64,000 bases of DNA from an uncultured bacterium. GTDB taxonomy: Bacteria; Desulfobacterota; Binatia; UBA1149; CAITLU01. The notes below the pieces were generated by a model, which was not told the origin of the DNA, did not search any database, and saw nothing but the letters and a program-made list of their open reading frames with translations. The translations under genes were made by a program, and so were the position numbers. This document shows, one piece after another, positions 1 through 10,426 of this stretch; positions within the stretch are counted from its first letter, which is position 1, and every line of letters starts with the position of its first letter. The stretch lies in contig CAITLU010000024.1 of the NCBI GenBank assembly GCA_903893315.1, positions 5,119 to 69,118 of the forward strand. The letters run 5' to 3'.

Positions 1-1611
1 CGATATCACGATGGTGGTGCGGTTGAGCATCACGTCGCCAAGATGATCGATGATGCGGCTTTCGGTCGCGGCGTCGACGCTCGAGAGCGAGTCGTCGAGC
101 ACCAGGATGCGAGGATTGCGCGCGACCGCACGCGCAAGCGTCAGGCGCTGCTTTTGTCCGCCCGACAGCGTTACGCCTCGTTCCCCAACCGGCGTTTTCA
201 GCCCGGCCGGAAACTCGGCGAGGTCGCCGTCGAGTCCTGCGGTCTCGACCAGACCGTCGAGTTCGGCGGGTGACAGATCGGCGCGGCCGAAGCCGACGTT
301 ACGTTCTATCGTCGTCGAAAACAGGAACGGATCCTGGGGCACGAAGCCGATCGCGCCGCGCAGTGACGGCAGGTTCCAACGGCGCACGTCGATGCCGTCC
401 ACCAGCACGCGTCCGCCCACGGTATCGAACAGGCGCGGCAGCAGACAGGCCAACGTGGATTTGCCCGAGCCGGTGCGGCCGAGAATGCCGAGGCTGGTGC
501 CGGCAGCTACACGCAGCGTGATGTCGTGAAGGACTGCGGCGCTGTCGGCCTCACCGCCGTAACCGAAATCGACGTGTTCGAATACCACTTCGCCGCGCAC
601 CACCTGCGGAGCGTAGCCGTCGGGTTCGGCATCGTCGGCGGCAGGACTGGCGATGGCCGGCTCGGCGTCGAAGATCTCGCCGAGGCGAAGTACGGCGGCG
701 CGGCCTCGTTGCAGCAGTGCGACCATGAAGCCCAGCGACATGAGCGGCCACGCCAGGATCTGCAGGTAGCCCATGAAGGCGACGAACTGGCCCAGGCTCA
801 GGTGTCCTTTCACCACCTCGTTGCCGCCGTATCCGAGCACGATCACGATGCCGAGCGACGAAGCTGCACGGATGGCCGGGAAGATGCGGCCGCGCAACCG
901 TGCAACCGTCATCGCTTCGATTTGGTAGAGGTCGTTGAGAGCGCGGAATTCGGCTACGCGGGCTTCTTCGCGCACGAAAGACTTCACCACGTGGATACCT
1001 GCCAGGGTTTCCTGAGCGAAGGCCGACATCGTCGCGAGCTTTTCCTGGGTCCTGACCGTCGCCTCCATCATCGCGCGCATGTAGCGGCGCATCAGCACCA
1101 GGATGACCGGGAACGGAAGCAGCGCGGCTACCGTCAGGGCGGGGTCCATCCACACCATGATCGAGAACGCGTAGGCCAGATACAGCGGCGTATTGAGAAA
1201 GGTCAGGATGCCCGGCCCCAGCAGCATGCGCACGGCGCCGATGTCGTTGACCAGGCGCGACATGAGGTCGCCGGTTCGTTGGTGCTGGTAGTATCCCTGG
1301 TGCAGCTTGAGAAGGTGGTCGAAGAGGTCACCTCGCAGGTCGTACTCTACATCGCGTCCGGCGTTGAAGATCAGGATGCGTGAAATGGTTCTGACCACGG
1401 CCTGGCCGGCGGCCATGCAGACGATCAGCAGGGCGTAGTGTGTGACGAGCGCGACGCGCTCGGGCGCCGGTCCCACGGCGCCGATGGCGTCGATAGCTCG
1501 GCGGGTCAGTATCGGAATGGCCATCACCAGGCTGGCGGTGGCGAAAAGGCAGAGGCTCCCGAGCAGATAGCGCCAGGTGTAACGACGAAGGTATTTCCAG
1601 AGGCGGCCCAC
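1..1611 (-). CDS. ABC transporter fused permease/ATP-binding protein (MdlA/YheI-like exporter), runs off the window start
   Basis: Not in the ORF track; translated by hand. GTG at 1611 gives MGRLWKYLRRY..., then TM helices, 'QRTGDLMSRLVND', Walker A GRTGSGKS, signature LSGGQKQR and Walker B ILVLDD. The frame is open to base 1. Confidence 0.93.
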   Translation of the reverse strand, partial: MGRLWKYLRRYTWRYLLGSLCLFATASLVMAIPILTRRAIDAIGAVGPAPERVALVTHYALLIVCMAAGQAVVRTISRILIFNAGRDVEYDLRGDLFDHLLKLHQGYYQHQRTGDLMSRLVNDIGAVRMLLGPGILTFLNTPLYLAYAFSIMVWMDPALTVAALLPFPVILVLMRRYMRAMMEATVRTQEKLATMSAFAQETLAGIHVVKSFVREEARVAEFRALNDLYQIEAMTVARLRGRIFPAIRAASSLGIVIVLGYGGNEVVKGHLSLGQFVAFMGYLQILAWPLMSLGFMVALLQRGRAAVLRLGEIFDAEPAIASPAADDAEPDGYAPQVVRGEVVFEHVDFGYGGEADSAAVLHDITLRVAAGTSLGILGRTGSGKSTLACLLPRLFDTVGGRVLVDGIDVRRWNLPSLRGAIGFVPQDPFLFSTTIERNVGFGRADLSPAELDGLVETAGLDGDLAEFPAGLKTPVGERGVTLSGGQKQRLTLARAVARNPRILVLDDSLSSVDAATESRIIDHLGDVMLNRTTIVIS

Positions 1612-1671
1612 GAGTTGAAGCGTTCGTTTATATCCGAGGCCCGCGGGTCCGCCAGCGTCGCGTGGCGGCCG

Positions 1672-2691
1672 GTGCTGCTCTTGGCACTGACGGCGGCTGT
1701 CGGCGTATCCGGTTGCCGCGCTGCCTACGTGGCCCGTCTCGCCTACGAAGAGGTCCGCTACCTCGCCGGTGCGCGGCCCATCGAGGAACTGATTGCGCAG
1801 ACGCAGGATCCGGCGCGAGTCCAGGCGTTGGCGCTGGTACTTGAGGTGCGTCGGTTCGCGGCCGGCCGCGGGCTCGATCCCGGCAAGAGCTATCTCGAAG
1901 TCGCCGACACCGGTTCCGCCGCTCCCTTCCAGGTGGTGACGGCCGCCCCCGTCGATCGGCTCGAACCCTATACCTGGTGGTATCCCGTGATCGGAGCGAT
2001 TCCTTACCGCGGTTATTTCGACCGGGGTCAGGCCGAAGCCTTTGCAGCGAGTCTGGAAGCTGAGGGGCTCGACACCCGCATAGTCGAAGCTTCGGCCTAT
2101 TCGACTCTGGGCTGGTTCAACGATCCGCTGCCTTCCAGTGTGCTCGATCGCGGGCCGCTGGTGATCGCGACCACGGTGCTGCACGAATTGGTGCACCAGA
2201 ACTTCTTTGCGCCCGGCCAAGTGGCCTTCAACGAAACGCTGGCGACTGCCGTAGCGTACCGTCTGGCTGCGGAATTTTTTGACGGCAGGGGGGACGCTGC
2301 ATCAGGCGATCGCTTGCGACGCGCAAAGGCGGTGTGGCTGGCCCGAGGTCGGGAACTCGACGCGGGGGCTGTGTCACTCCAGACGCTGTTCGATCGCGCT
2401 CGTGCCGAGGGCTGGCCGCGCGAGCGTCTGCTCGCCGAGCGCGACGTGATTTATGGGAGCATCAAGGAGTCGGCGGCCAGGCAGGATTCTTCGTTCGCCG
2501 CCGCGCTGGCCGACGGCGGGCTTAACAACGCATCTTTTCTCGCCATTTATCGCTACGCCGAACGTGCGGCTCTGCTCGACGACTTTCTCGCCGGCCAGGA
2601 AGGGGAGTGGCTGACGGCGGCGCTGGCCCGTCTTCGCGTGCTCACCCAAAGCGGCAAGGACGCTTACGAGGCGGTGGCGAACCGGTCTTAG
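1672..2691 (+). CDS. Predicted zinc aminopeptidase, probable lipoprotein
   Basis: HExxH (LHELVH), 'WWYPVIGAIPYRGYF', 'AYSTLGWFNDP' and 'FNETLA'. GTG at 1672 gives a signal peptide with lipobox VSGC. The longer track ORF from 1438 overlaps the divergent ABC gene. Confidence 0.85.
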   Translation: MLLLALTAAVGVSGCRAAYVARLAYEEVRYLAGARPIEELIAQTQDPARVQALALVLEVRRFAAGRGLDPGKSYLEVADTGSAAPFQVVTAAPVDRLEPYTWWYPVIGAIPYRGYFDRGQAEAFAASLEAEGLDTRIVEASAYSTLGWFNDPLPSSVLDRGPLVIATTVLHELVHQNFFAPGQVAFNETLATAVAYRLAAEFFDGRGDAASGDRLRRAKAVWLARGRELDAGAVSLQTLFDRARAEGWPRERLLAERDVIYGSIKESAARQDSSFAAALADGGLNNASFLAIYRYAERAALLDDFLAGQEGEWLTAALARLRVLTQSGKDAYEAVANRS

Positions 2692-2870
2692 CGCCGGTCT
2701 GAACGGCGGCCGGCGGCCGTTCGTTGCGGCGGGGATCGGCGTATCGCGGTTCGTGCCCCGCGGCGAGTTGCTCCGGCAGCGGTGCGCGCCTAAGAAACCA
2801 ACTGCTTCGCACGGGTCACTACGCCGCGGACCCGATGCGCAAAGAGACTCCAAGAAAAGGAAACAGCTAA

Positions 2871-3791
2871 ATGGCCACGCAAAGAGTCAAGGAAATTTTG
2901 AGTTGGTATGCCGGTGAGAACCCGGGCGTGCTGTCGAACCTGGCCCGCATCATGAACACGGGGAAACTGGCAGGCACCGGCCGTTTCGTGATCCTGCCGG
3001 TCGACCAGGGCTTCGAGCACGGCCCGGCGCGCAGCTTCGCGCCCAATCCCGCCGGCTACGACCCGCGCTACCACTTCCAGCTCGCCATAGACGCCGGGTG
3101 TAACGCCTATGCCGCACCGCTGGGTTTTCTCGAAGCCGGTGCCGCCGAGTACGCCGGCGATATTCCGCTGATCCTGAAGCTCAACAATCACGACTCGCTG
3201 GCGCCTGACGGCTCCGACCCTGCGCCGTCGGTGACCGGCGCCGTCGATGACGCGCTTCGACTCGGCTGCGCGGCCATAGGCTACACGATCTACCCGGGGT
3301 CGGCGCAGTTCCAGAACATGTACGAGACGCTCGCCGAACTGACCCGCGACGCGAAGGCTTGCGGTCTGGCGGTGGTCGTGTGGTCGTACCCGCGGGGTTC
3401 GGGCCTTTCCAGGGACGGCGAGACCGGAATCGACGTCACGGCCTACGCCGCGCAGATCGCCGCGCAGCTCGGCGCCAACATCATCAAGGTGAAGCCGCCC
3501 ACGGCTTTCGTCGAACAGGGTGAAGCCAAGAAGGTCTACGAAAAAGAGAAGATCGCCGTCGGGACCTTGTCAGAGCGCATCGCGCATGTGGTGCAGTCGT
3601 CCTTCGGCGGCCGCCGCATCGTGATCTTCTCGGGCGGAGCCAAGGGCGCCGACGAGAAGATCTTCGACGAGTGCAAGGCCATCCGTGATGGCGGCGGCTT
3701 CGGCTCCATCATCGGACGTAACAGCTTTCAGCGTCCCAAGAAGGAAGCTCTCGAATTCCTCGGCAAGGTGATGGCGATCTACAAGGGCTGA
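2871..3791 (+). CDS. fbaB: Class I fructose-bisphosphate aldolase (DhnA family)
   Basis: 'ILPVDQGFEHGP', 'WSYPRG', Schiff-base Lys in 'IIKVKPP', 'GSIIGRNSFQR'; AAGGA RBS upstream. Confidence 0.95.
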   Translation: MATQRVKEILSWYAGENPGVLSNLARIMNTGKLAGTGRFVILPVDQGFEHGPARSFAPNPAGYDPRYHFQLAIDAGCNAYAAPLGFLEAGAAEYAGDIPLILKLNNHDSLAPDGSDPAPSVTGAVDDALRLGCAAIGYTIYPGSAQFQNMYETLAELTRDAKACGLAVVVWSYPRGSGLSRDGETGIDVTAYAAQIAAQLGANIIKVKPPTAFVEQGEAKKVYEKEKIAVGTLSERIAHVVQSSFGGRRIVIFSGGAKGADEKIFDECKAIRDGGGFGSIIGRNSFQRPKKEALEFLGKVMAIYKG

Positions 3792-3823
3792 GCGGTCGGC
3801 GTTTCCAGCGCCGCCGCGCGAAT

Positions 3824-3865
3824 GAAAAAGGCCCCGTACCGTTGTTGGTACGGGGCCTTTTCTTT
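3824..3865. terminator. Bidirectional intrinsic terminator between convergent fbaB and gltA
   Basis: Perfect inverted repeat AAAAGGCCCCGTACC-gttgtt-GGTACGGGGCCTTTT with A/T tracts on both sides. Confidence 0.85.
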
Positions 3866-3904
3866 GTTGCGCCGCCGCACTTTCGGTGCGACCTCGGCGG
3901 TGTA

Positions 3905-5236
<1,332 letters not shown>

Positions 5237-5374
5237 GGCGCAACTCTCCGTCTTCTCGTCTTTTCCTGGTGCGGCTTGACGCGACCATATCAAGGCAGCG
5301 CGACACTTCAATGAAGAGCAGGCCGGAGCGGGTCCGCATCGGATATTATTCGCGACGGGGTGTGACGCTTCGAT

Positions 5375-6025
5375 CTAGCCGGCGGAGGGCGTGCGCAGGA
5401 TTCCGGTCGTGAACATCTCCACGAGCGTGTCGGCGTGGGCTTCGACGTGTTCCGGAGAGAGCGGGTCGAAACCCCATAGCAGGTCGATCAGCGGTGCGGC
5501 GTCGAAGAAGTGCGGCACCGCACCGAGGAAGGCAAAAATCACGGACTGGATCGGCAGCTGTTTCAGGGCACCGCTGTCCAGGCCGGCCTGGAACATCATC
5601 TCGAGTTGTCGTGTCAGCGGACGCAGGTGTTTGTCGACCATCCATTCCAGGCGCGGGCTTCGCGCGGCGGACTCGGAGATGATCAGGCGCGCTACCTCGG
5701 GATGCCTGGCGTTGAAGTAGACGAAGCGGCGCGCCACGATGCGGACGGCCTCGTGCGGTTCCGACCGCATTACGTCCTCTTCGATGCCCTGGAGTACGGC
5801 CGTAAGGCGCCCGAAGGCCAACTCGACGGTGGCCCTCCACAGCGCTTCCTTGGATCCGAAATGGTAGTGGATGAGGGGCTGGGTGACGCCCACCCGGCGG
5901 GCAACGGAGGCCGTGGTCGCACCATCGTAGCCGTTCTTGGTGAATTCGACGAGCGAGGCCTCGAGGATCCTGTCGCGTGAAATCGTGGAGGATCGCCCTC
6001 GTTTGCTGCTGCTGGTTTCCGGCAC
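5375..6025 (-). CDS. TetR/AcrR family transcriptional regulator
   Basis: N-terminal HTH 'RILEASLVEFTKNGYDGATTASVARRVGVTQPLIHYHFGSKEALW'. Confidence 0.93.
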   Translation of the reverse strand: MPETSSSKRGRSSTISRDRILEASLVEFTKNGYDGATTASVARRVGVTQPLIHYHFGSKEALWRATVELAFGRLTAVLQGIEEDVMRSEPHEAVRIVARRFVYFNARHPEVARLIISESAARSPRLEWMVDKHLRPLTRQLEMMFQAGLDSGALKQLPIQSVIFAFLGAVPHFFDAAPLIDLLWGFDPLSPEHVEAHADTLVEMFTTGILRTPSAG

Positions 6026-6040
6026 CGGTCCGCTCCCCCT

Positions 6041-6096
6041 GCCGATTTAATCGGCCCTGTTGATCTGTCTGGCTGTAAGTTGCTCGGTCTTACAGC
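6041..6096. promoter_or_regulatory. Two palindromes, candidate TetR operators
   Basis: GCCGATT-T-AATCGGC (6041-6055) and GCTGTAAG-N9-CTTACAGC (6072-6096), directly upstream of the tetR start. Confidence 0.5.
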
Positions 6097-6256
6097 ATCA
6101 GCCACCCTTCTTCGGATCCCGCAATCCTCCAAAGGCTTCACGCATCCAAGAATCGCGACTATTTCGGAATAAGGCAATAAGGCAAGCTCCGGTGTTGCTG
6201 ATTCGCGCGGTAATTTGGCCGTTGTAGAGGTCTCAGGATAGGCTAACCTCTGTTCA

Positions 6257-7717
6257 ATGATTCGCTCAGCGTCGGTCCCCGTCCGTAACGTTTTACTCCG
6301 TCATTGGTTTCTTACGTTCCTCTGCCTGCCGGCATTGCTCGGGCTTGCGCCGCCGGCTCGGGCCCAGGTCGGGTTTTTCGGTTCTTCGAGCGTTCTGAAC
6401 GCTGGTGCCGACAAGGATCAGAGAAAGGACGAGGCGGTGCGCATCGCTGCAGACGGTCTCGGCGTGTGGGTGGCGGTGTGGCAGTCCGCAGGTTTCGGTC
6501 CCGGCGGTTGCGGACCGCTGGGGCGTGATGCCGACATCCTGTTCGCGCGCTCGGCCGACAATGGTTCGACCTGGACGGCGCCGGCTCCGGTAAGTTCGCT
6601 GGCCGGCGAGGACAAGGGGCAGGATGTCAGTGCGGCTCTGGCCACCGACGGGAAGGGAACCTGGATCGTCGTCTGGAGTTCGACGCAGGATCTTCACGGT
6701 CGGGACAAGAGCGACCGCGACCTTCAGTTCGTCGTTTCCACCGACAACGCTCTGACCTGGAGCGCGCCCCGCAATCTCAACACCAATGCCGAGCACGACT
6801 GGGGCGACGACGAAAGCCCCGACATCGCAACCGACGGCGCCGGCCGGTGGTTGGTGGTATGGCAGTCGACCGATTCCCTGGGGAATACCATCGGTGGTGA
6901 TCGCGACATCCTGGTGTCCAGTTCGAGCGACGCCGGCAAGACCTGGACCGCGCCGGCCCCGGTAGACAAAGGGGCCGCGCACGACCGGCGATCCGACGAC
7001 GCCCCCCGTCTGGCCACCGACGGGCACCGGCATTGGGTCGTCGCCTGGTCTTCGGGCGGTCCGACCGCCGACAACCTGCGCTACGACCACAACATCCTGG
7101 CGGCGACCTCGGCCGACAACGGGGTGACGTGGCAGGAGCCCCGAGCGGTAGTCGGCAGCGGGGACGAGGCCCGGCGGGATTGGGGGCCGCGTCTGGCAAC
7201 CGATGGGCAGGGGCACTGGCTTTGCGGTTGGTCCTCGACGGATTCGCTCGGCGGCCGCATCGGACTTGATCGAGACGTCTTGGCTGCCCGTTCCGATGAT
7301 AACGGTACGACTTGGACCGCGCCCGCAGCGCTGAATCGGGAGGCCGACCGTGATGTGGGCGACGACGGCTCTCCGGAGATCGCAACCGATGGCCGTGGTT
7401 CCTGGATCGCGGTGTGGACGACGTGGGACAATCGCAACAGGACCATCGGCTCCGACGGAGATCTCGTCGTTGCCATGTCGAGCGACAATGGTCAGACGTG
7501 GACCCCGTCGCGGCCGCTGAACGCCAACGCCGGCGACGACTACGCCGAGGATCTCAATCCCTCCGTGGCTACCGATCGCCGCGGTCTTTGGCTGGTGGCC
7601 TGGGATACCAACGAGCCTGCCGGTGGAGCCATAGGTTCAGATCGCGACCTGCTGGTGGTCAGCGGCCGTTTCGGTTCCGAAACCGCAGGCCCTCCCGCAC
7701 CGTCGCCCGCACGCTGA
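6257..7717 (+). CDS. Secreted BNR/Asp-box repeat beta-propeller protein (sialidase-like fold)
   Basis: Signal peptide ending ARA-Q; seven repeats of about 62 aa (ATDGxGxW...DxD...SxDNGxTW). Confidence 0.85.
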   Translation: MIRSASVPVRNVLLRHWFLTFLCLPALLGLAPPARAQVGFFGSSSVLNAGADKDQRKDEAVRIAADGLGVWVAVWQSAGFGPGGCGPLGRDADILFARSADNGSTWTAPAPVSSLAGEDKGQDVSAALATDGKGTWIVVWSSTQDLHGRDKSDRDLQFVVSTDNALTWSAPRNLNTNAEHDWGDDESPDIATDGAGRWLVVWQSTDSLGNTIGGDRDILVSSSSDAGKTWTAPAPVDKGAAHDRRSDDAPRLATDGHRHWVVAWSSGGPTADNLRYDHNILAATSADNGVTWQEPRAVVGSGDEARRDWGPRLATDGQGHWLCGWSSTDSLGGRIGLDRDVLAARSDDNGTTWTAPAALNREADRDVGDDGSPEIATDGRGSWIAVWTTWDNRNRTIGSDGDLVVAMSSDNGQTWTPSRPLNANAGDDYAEDLNPSVATDRRGLWLVAWDTNEPAGGAIGSDRDLLVVSGRFGSETAGPPAPSPAR

Positions 7718-7868
7718 TCGGTTCGTCGCTGCTGCAAGCTCCGCGGATACGCGAGCGGAGTGTTTGAAGCCTTCGTCGGGGTCGGATTAAGTGCGGCGCC
7801 CCTTGCGCGCGATATCGCACGACCGCGAGTAGTAGTGGAAGGGCAGCGGGGACGAGGGACCTTCATCA

Positions 7869-8885
7869 ATGGAACTGATCGGCGAATCGCTACGCGTTCA
7901 TCTTCTCGGCGTCGGCGGCAACAAGAAAGTCGAACAAGCGGTCGGCAACGTGCTGCTGGACCTGGCGACCGTGGCCAAGACCATAGCGAGCGAGGTCAAT
8001 CGGGCCGGACTGGCCGGCATTATCGGCAACGTCAACCACCGTAACGTCCACGGCGAGCAGGTCCAGAAACTCGACGTCTACGCGAACGACCTCATCGTCG
8101 CGTCCTTGCGCGCTTCGGGCAGCGTCTGCGGCATGGCCTCCGAGGAAGCCGAGGATATCATCGCCTCCTCCGCGATCGGCGAGAACTCCGAATACGTCGT
8201 CTGTTTCGACCCGCTTGACGGTTCCTCGAATATCGACGTGAACGTGAGCATCGGTACGATCTTCTCGATCTACAAGCGAAAGACCAGGAGCGGTGGTCCG
8301 GCCATCCTCGATGATTTTCTCCAGCCTGGCTGCAATCAAGTGGCTGCCGGCTACTTCGTGTACGGCACCAGCACGATGTTCGTCTACACGGCAGGTGACG
8401 GCGTGCACGGCTTCACACTCGAGCCTACGATCGGCGAATTTAGACTCTCGCATCCACGCATCAAGACGCCGGAGCGCGGCAAGATCTACAGTTGCAACGA
8501 AGGCCACTCGGCGACCTGGGACGAGGGCACGCGCGTTTACGTCGAGTCTCTCAAGACCCGCAGTGCCGGCACGGGACGTCCGTACTCGGGTCGCTACGTC
8601 GGTTCCTTCGTCGCCGACTTTCACCGCAATCTGCTCAAGGGCGGGATTTTCCTCTATCCCGCCGATCGCCGTGACCCCAAGCGTCCCGCCGAAGGCAAAC
8701 TGCGGCTCATGTACGAGTGCAACCCGCTGGCATTCATACAGGAGCAGGCCGGCGGCGTCGCGGTCGAGATCGACAAGCGCATGTTGGAGATCGTCCCGCG
8801 CGGCATCCATCATCGCGTGGCTCTGGTGATCGGCAGCCGCATCGACGTAGAAGAATATCTGGCCTGCCACGCCCAACACGTCTGA
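7869..8885 (+). CDS. fbp: Class 1 fructose-1,6-bisphosphatase
   Basis: 'GEQVQKLDVYAN', 'SEE', 'FDPLDGSSNIDVN', 'RYVGSFVADFHR', 'GKLRLMYECNP'. Confidence 0.97.
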   Translation: MELIGESLRVHLLGVGGNKKVEQAVGNVLLDLATVAKTIASEVNRAGLAGIIGNVNHRNVHGEQVQKLDVYANDLIVASLRASGSVCGMASEEAEDIIASSAIGENSEYVVCFDPLDGSSNIDVNVSIGTIFSIYKRKTRSGGPAILDDFLQPGCNQVAAGYFVYGTSTMFVYTAGDGVHGFTLEPTIGEFRLSHPRIKTPERGKIYSCNEGHSATWDEGTRVYVESLKTRSAGTGRPYSGRYVGSFVADFHRNLLKGGIFLYPADRRDPKRPAEGKLRLMYECNPLAFIQEQAGGVAVEIDKRMLEIVPRGIHHRVALVIGSRIDVEEYLACHAQHV

Positions 8886-9340
8886 GAGCCTTGCTGCAGA
8901 GGGTCCGCCGCGCCGCGGTGCGAGTGGACGCGGAGGTGGTCGGAGAGATCGGCCCGGGGCTGTGCGTGTTCGTCGGCGTCGGTCACGAGGATGGTGAAGA
9001 TGACGCGGCGCTTCTTGCCGAGCGCGTGGTCAACCTGCGTATCTTCGAAGACGAGGCCGCTAAGATGAACCGCTCGCTGTTGGACACTGGCGGTTCCCTG
9101 CTCGTGGTCTCGCAGTTCACCTTGATGGGAAACACGCGGCGTGGCCGTCGGCCTTCTTTCGTCGGCGCCGCCGAGCCGGAGCGGGCGGCGGCGCTGATCG
9201 AACATTTCATCTCTGTCGCGCGCGCGACCGGTTGTACTCTTGCTACCGGGCGTTTCGGCGCCAATATGATGATCGACATCGGAGCCGACGGCCCGGTGAC
9301 GCTGATGCTCGACAGCAAGGAAAAACGCAGTGCGTCGTGA
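8882..9340 (+). CDS. dtd: D-aminoacyl-tRNA deacylase
   Basis: '(L)RALLQRV', 'LRIFEDEAAKMN', 'VSQFTL', 'GRRPSF', 'DGPVT'. The start is either CTG 8882, overlapping the fbp stop, or TTG 8891. Confidence 0.93.
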   Translation: MRALLQRVRRAAVRVDAEVVGEIGPGLCVFVGVGHEDGEDDAALLAERVVNLRIFEDEAAKMNRSLLDTGGSLLVVSQFTLMGNTRRGRRPSFVGAAEPERAAALIEHFISVARATGCTLATGRFGANMMIDIGADGPVTLMLDSKEKRSAS

Positions 9341-9809
9341 GGGGTTCTGGGCCATCGGTGGCTACAAGATCTCGTTTCGCCGTGACGGCTGTTGGTATGC
9401 CGACGAGGAGGTCATCGCGAACCGGCGTATTTCCAGGCTGTTTTCGCGACATCTGCGGGGAGACGGCGAGGGCGGATGGGTGATCGACGTCGGCATCGAT
9501 TGTCACCCGGTCACGGTGGAGGACACGCCTTTGGTGGTCACGTGGGTGGACGGCGACCCCGGCAGCGGATTCACCATCCGTACCAACGACGACGAGAGTG
9601 AAGTCCTCGACTGCACGAGTCTGGAGGTGGGCGAGGCGGAAGTGCTCTACTGCGAGGTGAATCGCGGTGAGCGAGGCCGTATGCGCGCCCGCTTCCTGCG
9701 CCCCGCCTACTACGCGCTGGCCGCTTACGTAGAACTCGAAGGAGGCCGTCCGGTGCTGCGCTGCCGTGGCCACAGCTTTCCCATCGGCGGCGCGGTCACG
9801 GTACACTGA
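9330..9809 (+). CDS. DUF1285-like hypothetical protein
   Basis: 'ISFRRDGCWY...EVI...RLFSRHL...VTVEDTPLVV...RTNDD' resembles DUF1285; overlaps the dtd end. Confidence 0.7.
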   Translation: MRREGFWAIGGYKISFRRDGCWYADEEVIANRRISRLFSRHLRGDGEGGWVIDVGIDCHPVTVEDTPLVVTWVDGDPGSGFTIRTNDDESEVLDCTSLEVGEAEVLYCEVNRGERGRMRARFLRPAYYALAAYVELEGGRPVLRCRGHSFPIGGAVTVH

Positions 9810-9842
9810 CGCGATCTTCGCTCGGATCCCCGAGACCAACGC

Positions 9843-10295
9843 ATGCGCATCGTCCTTCTCGAACCAGAGATTCCGCAGAACACCGGTTCGATCGCACGTC
9901 TCGCTGCGGCTACTCAGACTGCTCTGGACCTCATCGGCCCGCTCGGATTTTCCCTCGAGGATCGTTACCTGAAGCGCGCCGGACTCGATTACTGGCCGTG
10001 GGTGGACCTTACCGTTCACGAAAGTTGGAACTCGTACGGCGAGGTTTCCCGTCCGGGGCGTCTGGTCGGCTTTTCGGCTCGGGCCTCTACCTCGTACACG
10101 CGCTGTGAGTTCCGCAGCGACGACCGTCTGCTTTTCGGCAAGGAGACCAAGGGGCTGTCGCCCGAGGTGATGGAAGGCCTGGGCAGCGAAGTGTACGCGA
10201 TTCCGATATCGAGTCCTCACGTTCGCAGCCTGAACCTCTCCAACGCGGTTTCCATCGTCGTGTACGAAGCGCTGCGTCAACTCGGTCTGGTCTGA
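9843..10295 (+). CDS. trmL: tRNA (cytidine(34)-2'-O)-methyltransferase (SPOUT)
   Basis: 'EPEIPQNTGSIAR', 'RAGLDYW', 'FGKETKGL', 'RSLNLSNAV'. Confidence 0.95.
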   Translation: MRIVLLEPEIPQNTGSIARLAAATQTALDLIGPLGFSLEDRYLKRAGLDYWPWVDLTVHESWNSYGEVSRPGRLVGFSARASTSYTRCEFRSDDRLLFGKETKGLSPEVMEGLGSEVYAIPISSPHVRSLNLSNAVSIVVYEALRQLGLV

Positions 10296-10426
10296 AGCGC
10301 GCCTCTATCGCGCAACCCGCTGGGACTTCCACAGGGTGAAGGACGCACGTGTCGGGCTTTCCCCGGCGGGCGCAGCGGTTGCGTCCCGCCTTTTGTTTTG
10401 CCGACTTCCCGCGTATAGCGCTCGCC

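Noticed and set aside
6420..7660. DNA-level repeats (GCCACCGACGG and similar) as a possible CRISPR or repeat array
   Set aside because: They are in-frame codons of protein blade repeats about 186 bp apart, not identical repeats with unique spacers; no cas genes.
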